A stretch of DNA of 60,147 nt, filler included. It is 8 parts of 8 records of this genome, joined end to end, with 100 filler letters (N's around TTAATTAATTAA, not from the genome) between each part and the next. Parts side by side here need not be neighbours in the genome. Positions count along the whole stretch, not along the records: positions 6,862 to 13,448 come from SRR2962707_5094; positions 13,549 to 19,487 come from SRR2962707_5098; positions 19,588 to 26,004 come from SRR2962707_5102; 5 more parts are not named here. The stretch is one strand, 5' to 3'. Position numbers and translations under genes: made by a program. The notes under the pieces are model-generated. The model did not search any database. It worked only from the letters and a program-made list of their open reading frames with translations, and was not told the origin of the DNA. Shown here piece by piece: positions 12,201 through 23,000 of the stretch (position 1 is the first letter of the stretch; every line of letters starts with the position of its first letter).

Positions 12201-13141
12201 AGTGAAAGTAAGCTGCGATTTACCTCTGTCGCTCGAAGACGCGATGCACGAGCAAGACATTCCTGCGCATACTCGATGGACGACAATTTTTCTTCGGAGC
12301 CTCCGATCGTGTGAATTCGTCCATCGCCATCTTGACGCAACTGCACCGGGGCACGTTCTTGGAGCAGGTCGGATACTTTGTCTGCGTATACTTCAAAACA
12401 ACTCAAATACCAACTCAACTGACGCCCCGATTCTGCTTGCGTCCCGCCGAGGATTTTAAACATATCTTTGAGCGCAAGATCGACCACAGCCTCTTGCGTA
12501 AAGGTTTTCCCTGAGCCTGATTGACCGTAGAAAAGCACACATGCCACCTGGGCCGTGGCTGTCGGCTTTGTCCGTCCAGTGTCAGTTGCTCCGTCAACTT
12601 GAGTCGCATTGGCCACCATTGGTGCAATTACGCGTCGATAGACTTCCTGAGAATCGTCTTCGGGATCAAAGACGTCATGGAAACGGTACCCATGATGCTC
12701 AAGGTACATAAGCTTGTTGTCCAATTTGAAGGCTCCTTTGTGGGCCCACATGCTGACAGTGGAATAATCAACATTTTCGGCGCTGGGCTTTTCAACTTGG
12801 GGAGCCGACTCGTTGGCAATGAAAATGTCGGATAAGTTGCTACTGCCAGTGAACACGCTGTAGTCATTCAAGTTCAACTCCTTTTTCAGCAAAGGGCGCT
12901 GGCGCACGCAGCAGATTGTGGTGGCTTGCGCACGCGTTCCGTCGCTGGGAAGGTCTGCTGCGCTGTGCCGGCTCCCTGCAACCTGCGGGAGGGAAGATCG
13001 AAGCGTTGCAGACCGTGAAGGCGGCAGCTGCTCACGCACAGATTCAATTGCAGGCACAAAGAACTGCCGATTGCGGAGGCGCTTGCTGCGCAGCGAGTGG
13101 CAGGTGTTTGAGTCAGGTAGTGCCGAAGGAATGTTGCCCAT
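9231..13141 (-). CDS. Kinesin motor protein, kinesin-13-like, multi-exon, with a long C-terminal tail
   Basis: CVRQRPL, P-loop YGQSGSGKT, FEVYADKVSDLL, switch I SSRSHAV, switch II FVDLAGSE, INSSLYTLKRCLR and PVRESQITRLL recovered across GT-AG introns. Tail exon structure is only approximate. Confidence 0.85.
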
Positions 13142-13448
13142 GATATAGACACCCCGAAAACGTGGACTTTGTGCGGTGGTGGACACGAGCAGTCGCGGTA
13201 GAAAGGAGTGGAGTGGAGGAGGCGGACTCCACTAGAAGCGAGAAGGTGTGGTTGGACACAGATCGAAGCTCCAAGCAATTTAATTCAACCAAAGACGAGA
13301 ATACGATCAGCGATTTCTACACAAATCGAACCAAGACGTTGCGAGAAAGAATTCTCGAGCTTTGTTTGCGGCTCGATGCGCCTCTGTTCGTCGACTTTGT
13401 CACACTGTCTCTGTTTCGCTCACTCACTCCCTCACTCACGAAGACTCA

Positions 13449-13548
13449 NNNNNNNNNNNNNNNNNNNNNNNNNNNNNNNNNNNNNNNNNNNNTTAATTAA
13501 TTAANNNNNNNNNNNNNNNNNNNNNNNNNNNNNNNNNNNNNNNNNNNN
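13449..13548. other. Artificial contig spacer
   Basis: Same N44-TTAATTAATTAA-N44 linker. Confidence 0.99.
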
Positions 13549-13557
13549 TACCAATGC

Positions 13558-13578
13558 GTAGGCGCGGGTTTACCCCGC
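13558..13578 (+). repeat. GTAG-type REP-like palindrome
   Basis: GTAG-GC-GCGGG-TTTAC-CCCGC; same layout as the copies at 19343-19470. Confidence 0.65.
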
Positions 13579-13580
13579 AT

Positions 13581-13611
13581 ACTAAAAAAGCACCCGAGGG
13601 TGCTTTTTAGT
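13581..13611. terminator. Rho-independent terminator, bidirectional type, downstream of ygiM
   Basis: ACTAAAAAAGCACCC-GA-GGGTGCTTTTTAGT: GC stem flanked by A and T tracts. Confidence 0.85.
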
Positions 13612-13633
13612 ATCAAATATATCTGCTTATCGT

Positions 13634-14233
13634 TTATGCCCAGCCGTCGTAGCGCTTACGACGTGATAATACGATGGTCAAAATGATACCTAAAAACAAG
13701 CCAATAAATGCAATCGCGCCACCATAGGTTAATAGTTGACGTTTTTCTTTTGCACCCGCTTGTTGTTTTTGTGTACGTTCTGCGTCTAAGGTACTTTTTA
13801 ATTTAGCAATTTGCTCAGACAACGCGCTGTTTTGATCCGTTAATGTTTGGCGTTGCTCTTGTAGCTGCGGTAATTCAATTTGTGCTTGGCGTAGTTGCTC
13901 TTGCATTGATGCCATCTCAGCACTAAGAGTACGATATTGCTGGTGGATACCGGCCGTTTTAGAAACAAACTTAGCTTCTACCCAGCCTTCACGGCCTTTA
14001 TCATCAACAACTTTAATAAAGTCATTTTCTTCAGCAGATAATTGCGTCAATTTAGTGCCTGCATCAACAGAGCCAATAATACGGTAATTTTTACTCGCGC
14101 CTGAATGCATAAATGTATAAAGATTATCGACTATATAAGCGGTGTTTGCGTCGCTAGCTGAATTGGCTTCTTCAGCGTGGCTCATAAACGCAACCGCACT
14201 TAGTAGTAAAGCTAATAAAGAATGTTTTAACAT
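13634..14233 (-). CDS. ygiM: TIGR04211-type bacterial SH3 domain protein (signal peptide, SH3, coiled coil, C-terminal TM)
   Basis: YIVDNLYTFMHSGASKNYRIIGSV...GREGWV, C-terminal TM and RRKRYDGWA end; divergent from ygiF as in enterobacteria. Confidence 0.85.
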   Translation of the reverse strand: MLKHSLLALLLSAVAFMSHAEEANSASDANTAYIVDNLYTFMHSGASKNYRIIGSVDAGTKLTQLSAEENDFIKVVDDKGREGWVEAKFVSKTAGIHQQYRTLSAEMASMQEQLRQAQIELPQLQEQRQTLTDQNSALSEQIAKLKSTLDAERTQKQQAGAKEKRQLLTYGGAIAFIGLFLGIILTIVLSRRKRYDGWA

Positions 14234-14447
14234 CAATCTACCCTGTTAATGTAACTGTCTGTGGGACAGCAATCGTATTATTCATAGTTAAGTCTTGAGA
14301 TAGTATGGATTTAGCGCGCTAATAGCAAGGTTGATATTGTAATCACTGCTGCGGTTTACTGATTCAAATAAGCTAAAAAATTTGCAATGTCGAGCCGCTT
14401 TGTTTATTTTGAGCTCTTATTTATTTTAAAGGTAATCCTCAAGCCTA

Positions 14448-15968
14448 ATGGATACTGAGATAGAACTGAAGTTTTTGGTGTCAGACGCCGTTATTCCACT
14501 GATCCCCGCGTTAATAACTCAATTTGCAAAAACCGTTACAAATAAGCCTTCTCGTAGTTTGCAAAATGCTTATTTTGATACGCCAAGCCGTGAATTAAGA
14601 GCGCTTGATATCGGCTTTCGAACCCGTTGCGCGGATAATCAATGCGAGCAAACTATTAAGCTTGCTGGAGAAGTTATTGGAGGGTTACATCAGCGACCTG
14701 AATATAACTTACCGCTTGAAAGCAGTCGGCCCAATATAGCCGCATTCGATGCCAGTATTTGGCCGCATGGTATGCAAGTGAATGCAATTGCCGCCAATCT
14801 TTATCCTATCTTTAGTACAAATTTTATTCGTCGCACTTGGCTGATTGAAACCCAAAGCGGTGCCAAAATTGAAGTGGTGCAAGATAAAGGGGAAGTCTCA
14901 GCTTCTGGCTTAATGGAACCTATTTGTGAGCTGGAAATAGAGCTTATAGAAGGTAGCCGCGATGAATTATTCACTCTAGCGGATAAACTGGTTAGTCAAA
15001 ATAATATTCGCTTAGGGCTCTACTCTAAAGCGGCTCGTGGCTATCGCTTAGCAGACAATAAACCGCTCAAGCCAAGTAAATCAATAGGTTTTGTATCACT
15101 CCCTAACAATGCTACCCAAGAGCAAGCACTTATAGCCGCTATTGGCTTTGGTATCCGTTTTGTACAAAAGCATGAGCAATGTTATTTTGACAAACCAAGT
15201 TTAAAAACGCTTAAGCGTGTCACTGATGGTATTAGTTTAATTCGCCATACGTTTTGGTTATTTGATGATATTGTTGACAAAAGTACCACCGAAACATTGC
15301 GTACAGAACTCAAATGGTTACTCAGTGAATTAGCTTGGGTTGAAAACGCTATCCAACTTAAAACCTATACCTCGAAGCGCCATGCCTACTATAAAAAAAT
15401 TAACAGTGCGCCAGAGTTGACTCAAGTCATCAACGACTTAAAAGAACTACAGCCGAGTATTGATGATATTAATCGACTATTTCATAGTGCCCGTTATAAC
15501 CGTTTATTATTGTCGTTGACAACATGGCTTGTGGATAAACAATGGCGTAAAAGCTGGGGGCAAGTGCAATTTCAAGCCGCTGAGCAACCTGTTGCAGAAA
15601 TTGCTAATCGATTATTTGAAAAAGACTGGCAAGATCTTCATCAATTACTGCCAGAGCAAAAAACACTGACATTTAAAGATTATTTAGATTTACGCACTCG
15701 GCTTGAAAATAGTTTACTCAGTGGTAATTGTTTAGGTGCGTTATTTGAAAAAGATGAACGCAGTGAGTTTCGTATTCCGTGGTTAGATATTTCACACGGT
15801 ATGTATGAGCTCAGCACGCTTGAGTATTTAAAACAGTTATGCGCAGGACAAGATGATGAAGAACTGGCTAAAATTCAAAGCTGGCTAGAAAAAAAATCAG
15901 AATTCTTGGTTGGTGCAATGGAACAAAGCCGTTTAGCGTCATATAAAATATCTCCTTACTGGCAATAG
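14448..15968 (+). CDS. ygiF: CYTH + CHAD domain inorganic triphosphatase
   Basis: N-terminal EIELK, YFDTP, EQTIK, GLHQRPEYN, ICELEIEL, SKAARGYRL; helical C-terminal half. Confidence 0.9.
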   Translation: MDTEIELKFLVSDAVIPLIPALITQFAKTVTNKPSRSLQNAYFDTPSRELRALDIGFRTRCADNQCEQTIKLAGEVIGGLHQRPEYNLPLESSRPNIAAFDASIWPHGMQVNAIAANLYPIFSTNFIRRTWLIETQSGAKIEVVQDKGEVSASGLMEPICELEIELIEGSRDELFTLADKLVSQNNIRLGLYSKAARGYRLADNKPLKPSKSIGFVSLPNNATQEQALIAAIGFGIRFVQKHEQCYFDKPSLKTLKRVTDGISLIRHTFWLFDDIVDKSTTETLRTELKWLLSELAWVENAIQLKTYTSKRHAYYKKINSAPELTQVINDLKELQPSIDDINRLFHSARYNRLLLSLTTWLVDKQWRKSWGQVQFQAAEQPVAEIANRLFEKDWQDLHQLLPEQKTLTFKDYLDLRTRLENSLLSGNCLGALFEKDERSEFRIPWLDISHGMYELSTLEYLKQLCAGQDDEELAKIQSWLEKKSEFLVGAMEQSRLASYKISPYWQ

Positions 15969-16016
15969 TGACCTAACCGGGCTCAGTACCCAGCGATTGC
16001 GACATAGGGAGAGTGT

Positions 16017-16682
16017 ATGAGACGGTTAATAATATTGTTAGCGTTGCTATTTAGTGCCAGTGTGCTTAGTGATACTGCGCACTGGCAGTTATGGAAGCAA
16101 CGCGATGGTGCGAGCGTACACTACAAAAAACATGAAAATGGCATTTTTGAAGTGCAGGCAGAGATTGCGGTTACGGGTGTCACAGCAAACGATTTTATGG
16201 CTTTGCTAAGTGATACTGAGAGCGCTCCATTATGGGTTGAAAATGTTACGCATGTGCAAGTATTAAAACGTTTAAGCCCCTCAGAAAATATCGTTTATAC
16301 CCAATTTGATTCGCCATGGCCGGTTGCAGACCGGGATATGGTGAGCTATTCATGCTACCGACGTATTAGTGAAACACAAACTGAGTTAACGATTGCTGCT
16401 TTTCCAGGCTTCCTTGATAAGCTCGAGGAAGTGATCCGTATCACAGAGCTTAAAGCCAGCTGGCTGTTAACTGAGCTCGATAATGAAGAGCACTCACAAT
16501 TAACGATTCGCCATGTTGTATACGCGGACCCAGGTGGCGCTATTGTGCATTGGCTCAGTAACAAAATTGGACTCAAAAGTGCAATGCATACTTTGCTTGC
16601 GTTAAAGCAACGCCTGCTTAATAAAAGCTATCACCCAAATGAGCAAATAGCTGAGCTGGGAGATTGTAGTCAACAACCATGA
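16017..16682 (+). CDS. Exported START/SRPBCC-domain lipid-binding protein
   Basis: Signal peptide, WQLWKQRDGASVH, FDSPWPVADRDMV, ADPGG..VHWL; RBS GGGAGAG upstream. Confidence 0.8.
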   Translation: MRRLIILLALLFSASVLSDTAHWQLWKQRDGASVHYKKHENGIFEVQAEIAVTGVTANDFMALLSDTESAPLWVENVTHVQVLKRLSPSENIVYTQFDSPWPVADRDMVSYSCYRRISETQTELTIAAFPGFLDKLEEVIRITELKASWLLTELDNEEHSQLTIRHVVYADPGGAIVHWLSNKIGLKSAMHTLLALKQRLLNKSYHPNEQIAELGDCSQQP

Positions 16683-16833
16683 ATAACTCGATAGTGCTTA
16701 AAAATAGGATGCTATTGTTAATGCATTGTAATTAAAGAGTTTTATTACAAAATATTACAAAGTCAAGATTGTTTGCGTAACTGAAATAGGTAACAATCCC
16801 TTTTGGGAACATACTATTTTAAGGACAGCAAAG

Positions 16834-18822
16834 GTGTTGGCATCCTCGGTATTTAAATCAAGCAGATGGTTTTTATTTATTAACGAAAGTTGGCGTATTG
16901 CGACACTGTGGTTTGCAGGTGTTTTGCTGTTTATGAGCTTTCGGGTGTTCTTTTTGGTTTATTTTCATAACCGGATCACTGCCTCATTAGATATAGACAC
17001 TGTTTTAAATGCGTTAAAAATAGGGTTTGCATTTGACTCCGCCGCCAGTGGCGTCTGTTTTAGTATTCCTTTTTTACTCAATTGTATTTTACAACCGCTG
17101 CGGCTAGGACACTGGGTCAGAGTCGTGCGTCTATTGACAGCGAAACTCTTTTTTGCGGTTGCAATTTTACTCTGCATAACCAGCATTACCTACATTACAG
17201 AATACGGCAGCCAATTTAATTATTTTATGTTTGAAGGGCTACACGACGACCAGCAAGCAATTGCTTTAACTGCAATAAAACAATATCAGCCATGGGGCAG
17301 TGTCCTGAGTTTATTAGTATTGTTAGTGGTTGCATTTAAGTTATGCCACTTAATTGATCAGCAATCCAATGGTTTCTTAGAGCGTATTTTTACTGATTGT
17401 AAGTGGAAACGTACCTTTTTAATTGTTTTGATCGTAGTGTTATTTGTCTGCGCGATTCGTGGCTCGTTTGAATCACGTCCTGCTTCGCGAAAATGGTCTG
17501 CTGTTACCCTTGACCCATTTGTGAATAATTTAGTTATCAATCCATTTCGCAGTTTTGTATATGCTATTAAAGACTATAACGAGCTACAAAGTCATGGTTT
17601 AGACGGCGTGAATCCTTACTTAAAAGATGATCTAACAATTGATCCAAACGGATTGTCAGGGTTAAGGCAACACTGCAGTGAGCCGCTGTTGGCACCACCG
17701 TCACAAATATTTTTTATTGTGATGGAAAGTTACGATTCATGGCCGTTACAGCACAAATACGCGTCACTAAACTTAACCAATGAACTAAAAAATCTAGCCA
17801 GTAAAGGTGTTTACTTAGATAACGTGTTACCAGCAGCCAGTAGCACTATGAACTCGTTATCGAGTATTTTATCTGGGATCCCTTATGCAGGGGTCAATAT
17901 GAGCCTTATAGGGCCACAACAACCAGCTAGTAAATTGTCATTATTCAATCAGTTGGAGCAGCTTGGCTATACCAGCCAGTTTTTTTATGGCGGTTTATTG
18001 TCTTGGCAAAATGTTGGCCAATATGTCCTCTCTCAAGGCGCTGATAAGGTTTACTCTGCCACAGATGCTGGTGGTAAGGGTAGTGCCGGGGTTTGGGGGA
18101 TTGATGATGCTCAGTTATTTGATTTAGTTGCAGCGAAAACACAGCCAAAAAGTTTTAATGTGGTCATGAGCGGCAGTTATCATGGACCCTTTAATTTAGA
18201 TCTAAATCAGTATGATTACCCGTTTAAAACTTCTGCTGATTACTCTGCAGAAATTCAAGAGTTAGAAACACAAGTACTTGATCCTTATGTGCTTGGGCAT
18301 TTATGGTATAGCGATAAAATGTTAGGCGCATTTGTACGTAAAATGCAGCAGCGCTACCCGGATGCGTTATTTATTATTACTGGTGACCACTATAGTCGTC
18401 GCTATTTACATCCACGCCCTAATTTATATGAGTTGACTCATGTTCCTTTAGTTATTTATGGAAATGGAATTAAATCGAACATGCTGAACTCTCAACAAGT
18501 AGCTAGTCATATGGATATAGCGCCAACATTGTTGAATCTAATCGCACCCACGAATACGGAATTTTATAGTGTAGGGCAGTCACTGTTAACAGCGACAGCT
18601 GAGCGTACTGTGTTTGGCTTTCAAACTGTTCGTAATAACAAGCAGTTATGGCGAGGTGATTTAAGCGCATTATATGAGTACTATGGCGTAAACCCGCTTG
18701 ATAAAATACGGCTAATGCCAACACAAACACAATCATTTAAAGAGATCGATGCTGCAACAGAGCAAGCGTATAATCAATACATGGCGCAAGCGTGGCATTT
18801 GTTAACTCAAGGCACAAAATAA
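16834..18822 (+). CDS. LTA synthase / phosphoglycerol transferase family membrane sulfatase-fold protein
   Basis: Several N-terminal TM helices, IRG motif, IVMESY, catalytic Thr region AASSTMNS, SYHGPF, WYSD, ITGDH, SHMDIAPTL. Confidence 0.85.
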   Translation: MLASSVFKSSRWFLFINESWRIATLWFAGVLLFMSFRVFFLVYFHNRITASLDIDTVLNALKIGFAFDSAASGVCFSIPFLLNCILQPLRLGHWVRVVRLLTAKLFFAVAILLCITSITYITEYGSQFNYFMFEGLHDDQQAIALTAIKQYQPWGSVLSLLVLLVVAFKLCHLIDQQSNGFLERIFTDCKWKRTFLIVLIVVLFVCAIRGSFESRPASRKWSAVTLDPFVNNLVINPFRSFVYAIKDYNELQSHGLDGVNPYLKDDLTIDPNGLSGLRQHCSEPLLAPPSQIFFIVMESYDSWPLQHKYASLNLTNELKNLASKGVYLDNVLPAASSTMNSLSSILSGIPYAGVNMSLIGPQQPASKLSLFNQLEQLGYTSQFFYGGLLSWQNVGQYVLSQGADKVYSATDAGGKGSAGVWGIDDAQLFDLVAAKTQPKSFNVVMSGSYHGPFNLDLNQYDYPFKTSADYSAEIQELETQVLDPYVLGHLWYSDKMLGAFVRKMQQRYPDALFIITGDHYSRRYLHPRPNLYELTHVPLVIYGNGIKSNMLNSQQVASHMDIAPTLLNLIAPTNTEFYSVGQSLLTATAERTVFGFQTVRNNKQLWRGDLSALYEYYGVNPLDKIRLMPTQTQSFKEIDAATEQAYNQYMAQAWHLLTQGTK

Positions 18823-18861
18823 TTCAATCGCTCTAACGAGCTGTTAGTTAAGATATTAAAC

Positions 18862-19269
18862 ATGAACAAACCAAACATTAACTTAGTTAATAAACCAAAC
18901 GGTATCGGCTTTGGCCGTATTTTTAAAGCAACGCAATGCTCTATCAAAGGATTTAACGCAGCTTATAAGGAAGAGTCGGCTTTTCGTACTGAACTGGCAC
19001 TCGGGGTTGTGTTGCTGCCGTTATCATTTTGGCTTGCACAATCATTGCAACATTGGGTGATGCTGGTTGTTAGCTTTTTATTTTTATTGATTGTTGAATT
19101 ACTTAATTCGGCTATTGAAGCACTAACAGATCGCGTTGGCGTTGAATACCATGTGCTTTCTGGGCGTGCTAAAGATATTGCTTCAGCAGCAGTTAGTTTA
19201 GCATTATTAGTTTTGTTGATAGTGTGGGGCGTTGCAGGGTATGAGAAAGTGCTTACATTGATAGGTTAG
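18862..19269 (+). CDS. dgkA: Diacylglycerol kinase
   Basis: EESAFRTE, VELLNSAIEALTDR, SGRAKDIASAAV. Confidence 0.95.
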   Translation: MNKPNINLVNKPNGIGFGRIFKATQCSIKGFNAAYKEESAFRTELALGVVLLPLSFWLAQSLQHWVMLVVSFLFLLIVELLNSAIEALTDRVGVEYHVLSGRAKDIASAAVSLALLVLLIVWGVAGYEKVLTLIG

Positions 19270-19342
19270 TGTGAGGCAAAGCGTTACGGGTTAAGTGAGA
19301 CGGGTTCCGAATACACCCTAGCCCCTAGTTTAAATTGCTTAG

Positions 19343-19470
19343 GCTAAACTCGCACCTACGTCAGGTAGCAGCGAGTTTAGCTCGCGACAATAACTTTACC
19401 TTCGCGGTGGTAAGCAACTCGCCTACAAGTAATATCTGCTGTGCTTCAGTAGGTCGTCATTTATGGCGAC
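19343..19470. repeat. Cluster of four GTAG-type REP-like elements in alternating orientation
   Basis: GTAG at 19359 (minus), 19365 (plus), 19426 (minus) and 19449 (plus), each followed by a GC-rich imperfect palindrome; GCTAAACTCGC / GCGAGTTTAGC form an inverted pair. Confidence 0.7.
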
Positions 19471-19487
19471 AAGCGATTTACCACTGA

Positions 19488-19587
19488 NNNNNNNNNNNNN
19501 NNNNNNNNNNNNNNNNNNNNNNNNNNNNNNNTTAATTAATTAANNNNNNNNNNNNNNNNNNNNNNNNNNNNNNNNNNNNNNNNNNNN
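19488..19587. other. Artificial contig spacer
   Basis: Same linker. Confidence 0.99.
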
Positions 19588-20077
19588 CATTATGCCCCTT
19601 CAAAAAAAAAAAAAAAACGGTCAACAACATCACCAATCTTGATGCTGCTATCCATGCTTCCCGCCGCGTGCCTAACCCCGAGTGTGGCAAAGAAACCCTC
19701 TCGTCAAGCTGCCCACGATGTCGAAAACGGCGCGTGCAACGCGGACGAACTCGGTCACACCACTTCAAAAATAAAATGTTGCCCAAAGAGGATACAGCTG
19801 GCCAGTTTCTTTCGTTGACTTACTGTGGAGGGTTTGTTGTCGCACCTATTGATTGCCATAAAGAATCGCCAAGAATTTCTGTTGCTTGTATCATTCGGTC
19901 AATCTTATTTATTAATAGTGACCCCCTGAATAATAAAAACAGAAAAATCTTATTAACATTTTATTAACTAAAAAATCTTTCTATGGTGCAAAGTTGAACG
20001 TACACGTCGAGCTGCTGCAAACTCCGAGCTTCTGTGCAACACATTTAAAACGGGCTCAGACTGTGGGTGTATGCCGG

Positions 20078-23000
20078 TCACGTATCGTCATCGTGACTCC
20101 CAAAATTCTTGAACTTGCGGACTGTGGTCAAATGCTTGATGCGGGCACGCTGTGCTTCAAATCGTTGCTGCAATGAATTTAGGCGCCGACGTCGAGTCTC
20201 GCTGTCGTCCACGTTGACTGGCGTATTTTTTGGCCCAGCAACAGCTACTGCTTGCTTTGGGTTTTTGCCTGGGGTGATGATGCCTCGTGATGTTGGACTG
20301 CTTCTAACATTTGCATTTGCCGGTGCGGACAATAGACTGGGCGATGCGGCTACACGCATGCGCGGCGTTGACGATGTGCGATTATGCAAATATGCTGTTT
20401 CGAGAAGTACAGCTTGCGCATCCAGTGACCGTAGCAGACCTTCCACGGACGACTCCCGACGCCTGCATTTCCAAATATGCCGAAAGACTCAGACTGGTGA
20501 GGCCACGCAGGGAGTCGTTGTACCAACATGCACGCCAAAGTACAGCAGTCACCAGAACGAGAGCGAGTGCTTGGTGGAGGTTCCAACCACTGTCACCGTT
20601 TTGACAGGCACAATGACCAACCAAAAACAACCACAGCAGATACGCACGTATTTTCCACGAGCCCTCTGTTGAGGTTCTGCAACTGATTCCGCAGTTGCCC
20701 AACTTCTGACTGCAACTGTGATGACGCAAGTGATTCGCTCACACAGCCACTCAAGGTAAAATTTACTGCCTCCATGAATCGTTGAGTCAAAGTAGGCTTT
20801 GAGTGCGCTGACTTTGAGACATGGGAAATGGCTGGTGATTGCAGAAGCGATCCCAGTGATGAGTTTTCTACCATTTTGCGCGCACTGTTTGGCTCTTGAC
20901 ATCTTGTATCGGCGTCGGTTCCAGAGGCAAGGTTCTCGAATGACTCTCCGGGTGCTGCTGCAACGTTGATGGTGGCAAGGTGCGGGTTCGCAATGTTCAC
21001 ATTACTGACAGACTCATTCTTTGATAGTCGACTTCGAGGACATGTCAAGCCATGTGCAGTGGCAGAAGGAATGGTATTGTGCTCGGCGATGAGTCTCGGA
21101 CCTGAAGGCGGAGTGTGCAAGTCGCGACGAGCTCGATGCCCCAGGTCAAGCCGGACTGGCGTGACCAGAGAAGATGCAGGTTCCGCTGGTGCAAGCTCTG
21201 GAATCCGCTTTTGGTCTGTGTGGTGCGTATCCACCAACGAAGCTTCGTCGTGTGCTTGATTTCTCTGTGAGGAAGCATGGGGGCTCGCTGCGATGACTAC
21301 GTGAGCATTGTCAGAAGCAGAACCGTCTGAACTGTGAGATGAAGGCAGACGAAACGAGGCCTTCCAAGTACACGGCGGGGGCTCAACTCCACCACCTTGG
21401 GTGTTGCTGTCCAGCGCAGCGTTGTTCTGGATTGATGATGGCAATAACTTGGCAGAAGTCGCAAATTCTGGCCTGGATTGGAGAGTATGCTTGTGCTGAC
21501 GTTGTTTCCTCCAATGTAGTTGAAAGTGCTGTTGCTCTTCGTGTGCATGAGTGTGCTGCGCTTCGTCTTGGCATCGGAGGTGACGTTCGCTAAATCGGTT
21601 CTGCTGCTGCGCTTCGAGATCGCGGCGCCATGGCTGAAACTGACCAGTATTCAATGTAACTTCCGTGTTTCTCGATGGTGCCGAGGTAGGCTCAGGCGGC
21701 TGTGTACGTACTGACAAGGTGCCTTCTGAATCCGATATGTCTCGCTCGGCGGCAAGCGGAAGAGGCTGGCAATGCTCTTGCGCTGTGACAACTAAGGATG
21801 AACAAGCGATGGGCTTTTTGGTCAAGGACAGAAAATCGTCTGATGGGCTCATCACTGCTGCATGCATAACTTGAGCCACTGGCTTTTCTTCACTGCGGTG
21901 TTCGTCAGCACAACTTGCGAGTCGGGAACTACTAGCATCACTGACGGTACGAGTCGCTAATTGTGCTTGTTCTGTGTTCTCGATGGCAGTTTTGACGTCG
22001 CTCGGCACTTTCTGCTTCGAACATTCACTCAACATCGGCAGTGGCAGTGGTGGTGGTTGAAGCTCTTGGCGTATGTGCGACTGTATGTCGTTCAAGCTCT
22101 GCAAATCTTCGTCAACCCCCCAGTGTCCTTCTTCTTCTTCTTCCACATCGTCTTGATACCGCCGCAGCATCAGCAGTTGGTACTGCTCGCGGGACAGTTG
22201 TGGTTCGTGTGGGTCCTGGCCTTCAATTCTGCTTTGAGCGAGCATTTCCATCTGATGCTTCTTTCGCCAAACTGGCATCCAAGATTGCGATTCATGTTTC
22301 GGACTAGCAGACTGTGAAGCTGGGTCGTCCACCTCAAAGCCTTGGTCCCACTGATCGATGCGGGTTGTGCAAAGTTGCACATTTCTGGTTCCTGATCCGT
22401 CAGCGGTTTTATCCCTGTGCCTATTTATTGCTTTTGACCGTTGTGACCGTTCCCACGCCAATGGCGCCGTTGTTCGTGCCACTCGATTGCTCGGAAACAT
22501 GCCTCGCTGTCCTTCAACACTGTGGCTGCTTGTCTCTCCACCAGTACCGATCGTTTCAGCCTTGGCCCGTTCTGTGTCTGCCGCGCAGCGTACAATACGA
22601 CCTGCGCTCCATCCGTCGCTGCGGCGAAGACGAACCCGGATTAAATCCCCACGACATAAATCCAATTCATCTGACCGCTGATGCGTGTATGAATGCAATA
22701 CCACACAAAGCTCATCAGTCGCTTCGGTTTCAATACTCATGACTTGACCACCTGCTGTACGATCGGACCCATGTCGAGGAGGTGATCGGCGTTGTGGGAT
22801 TTCCGGATTGGCTTCTGAGGGAGAAAGCGATGCCACAGCCTCGTTGACCGCACCACCATTTGCAGCAGAAGTCACGAGAAAACTGCTTTGATCACGTTTG
22901 GTAACCAAATCATTGATGCCAGCAACTGCAACTGCACCGTCATTTGCAATGGGGGCCGCTGGAGCAGCTCCCAGTTCTTTTTCATCCGCAAACTCTTTGG

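Noticed and set aside
148-13141. Stop-codon reassignment or pseudogenisation to explain fragmented eukaryotic ORFs
   Set aside because: Every break examined is resolved by an in-phase spliceosomal intron under the standard code.
19343-19470. CRISPR array or tRNA at the end of the dgkA contig
   Set aside because: Units alternate in orientation, lack constant-length unique spacers and show no cloverleaf; REP-like palindromes fit better.
13449-19587. Horizontal transfer of a bacterial block into the protist genome
   Set aside because: Bacterial segments are bounded by artificial spacers, so there is no evidence of physical linkage.
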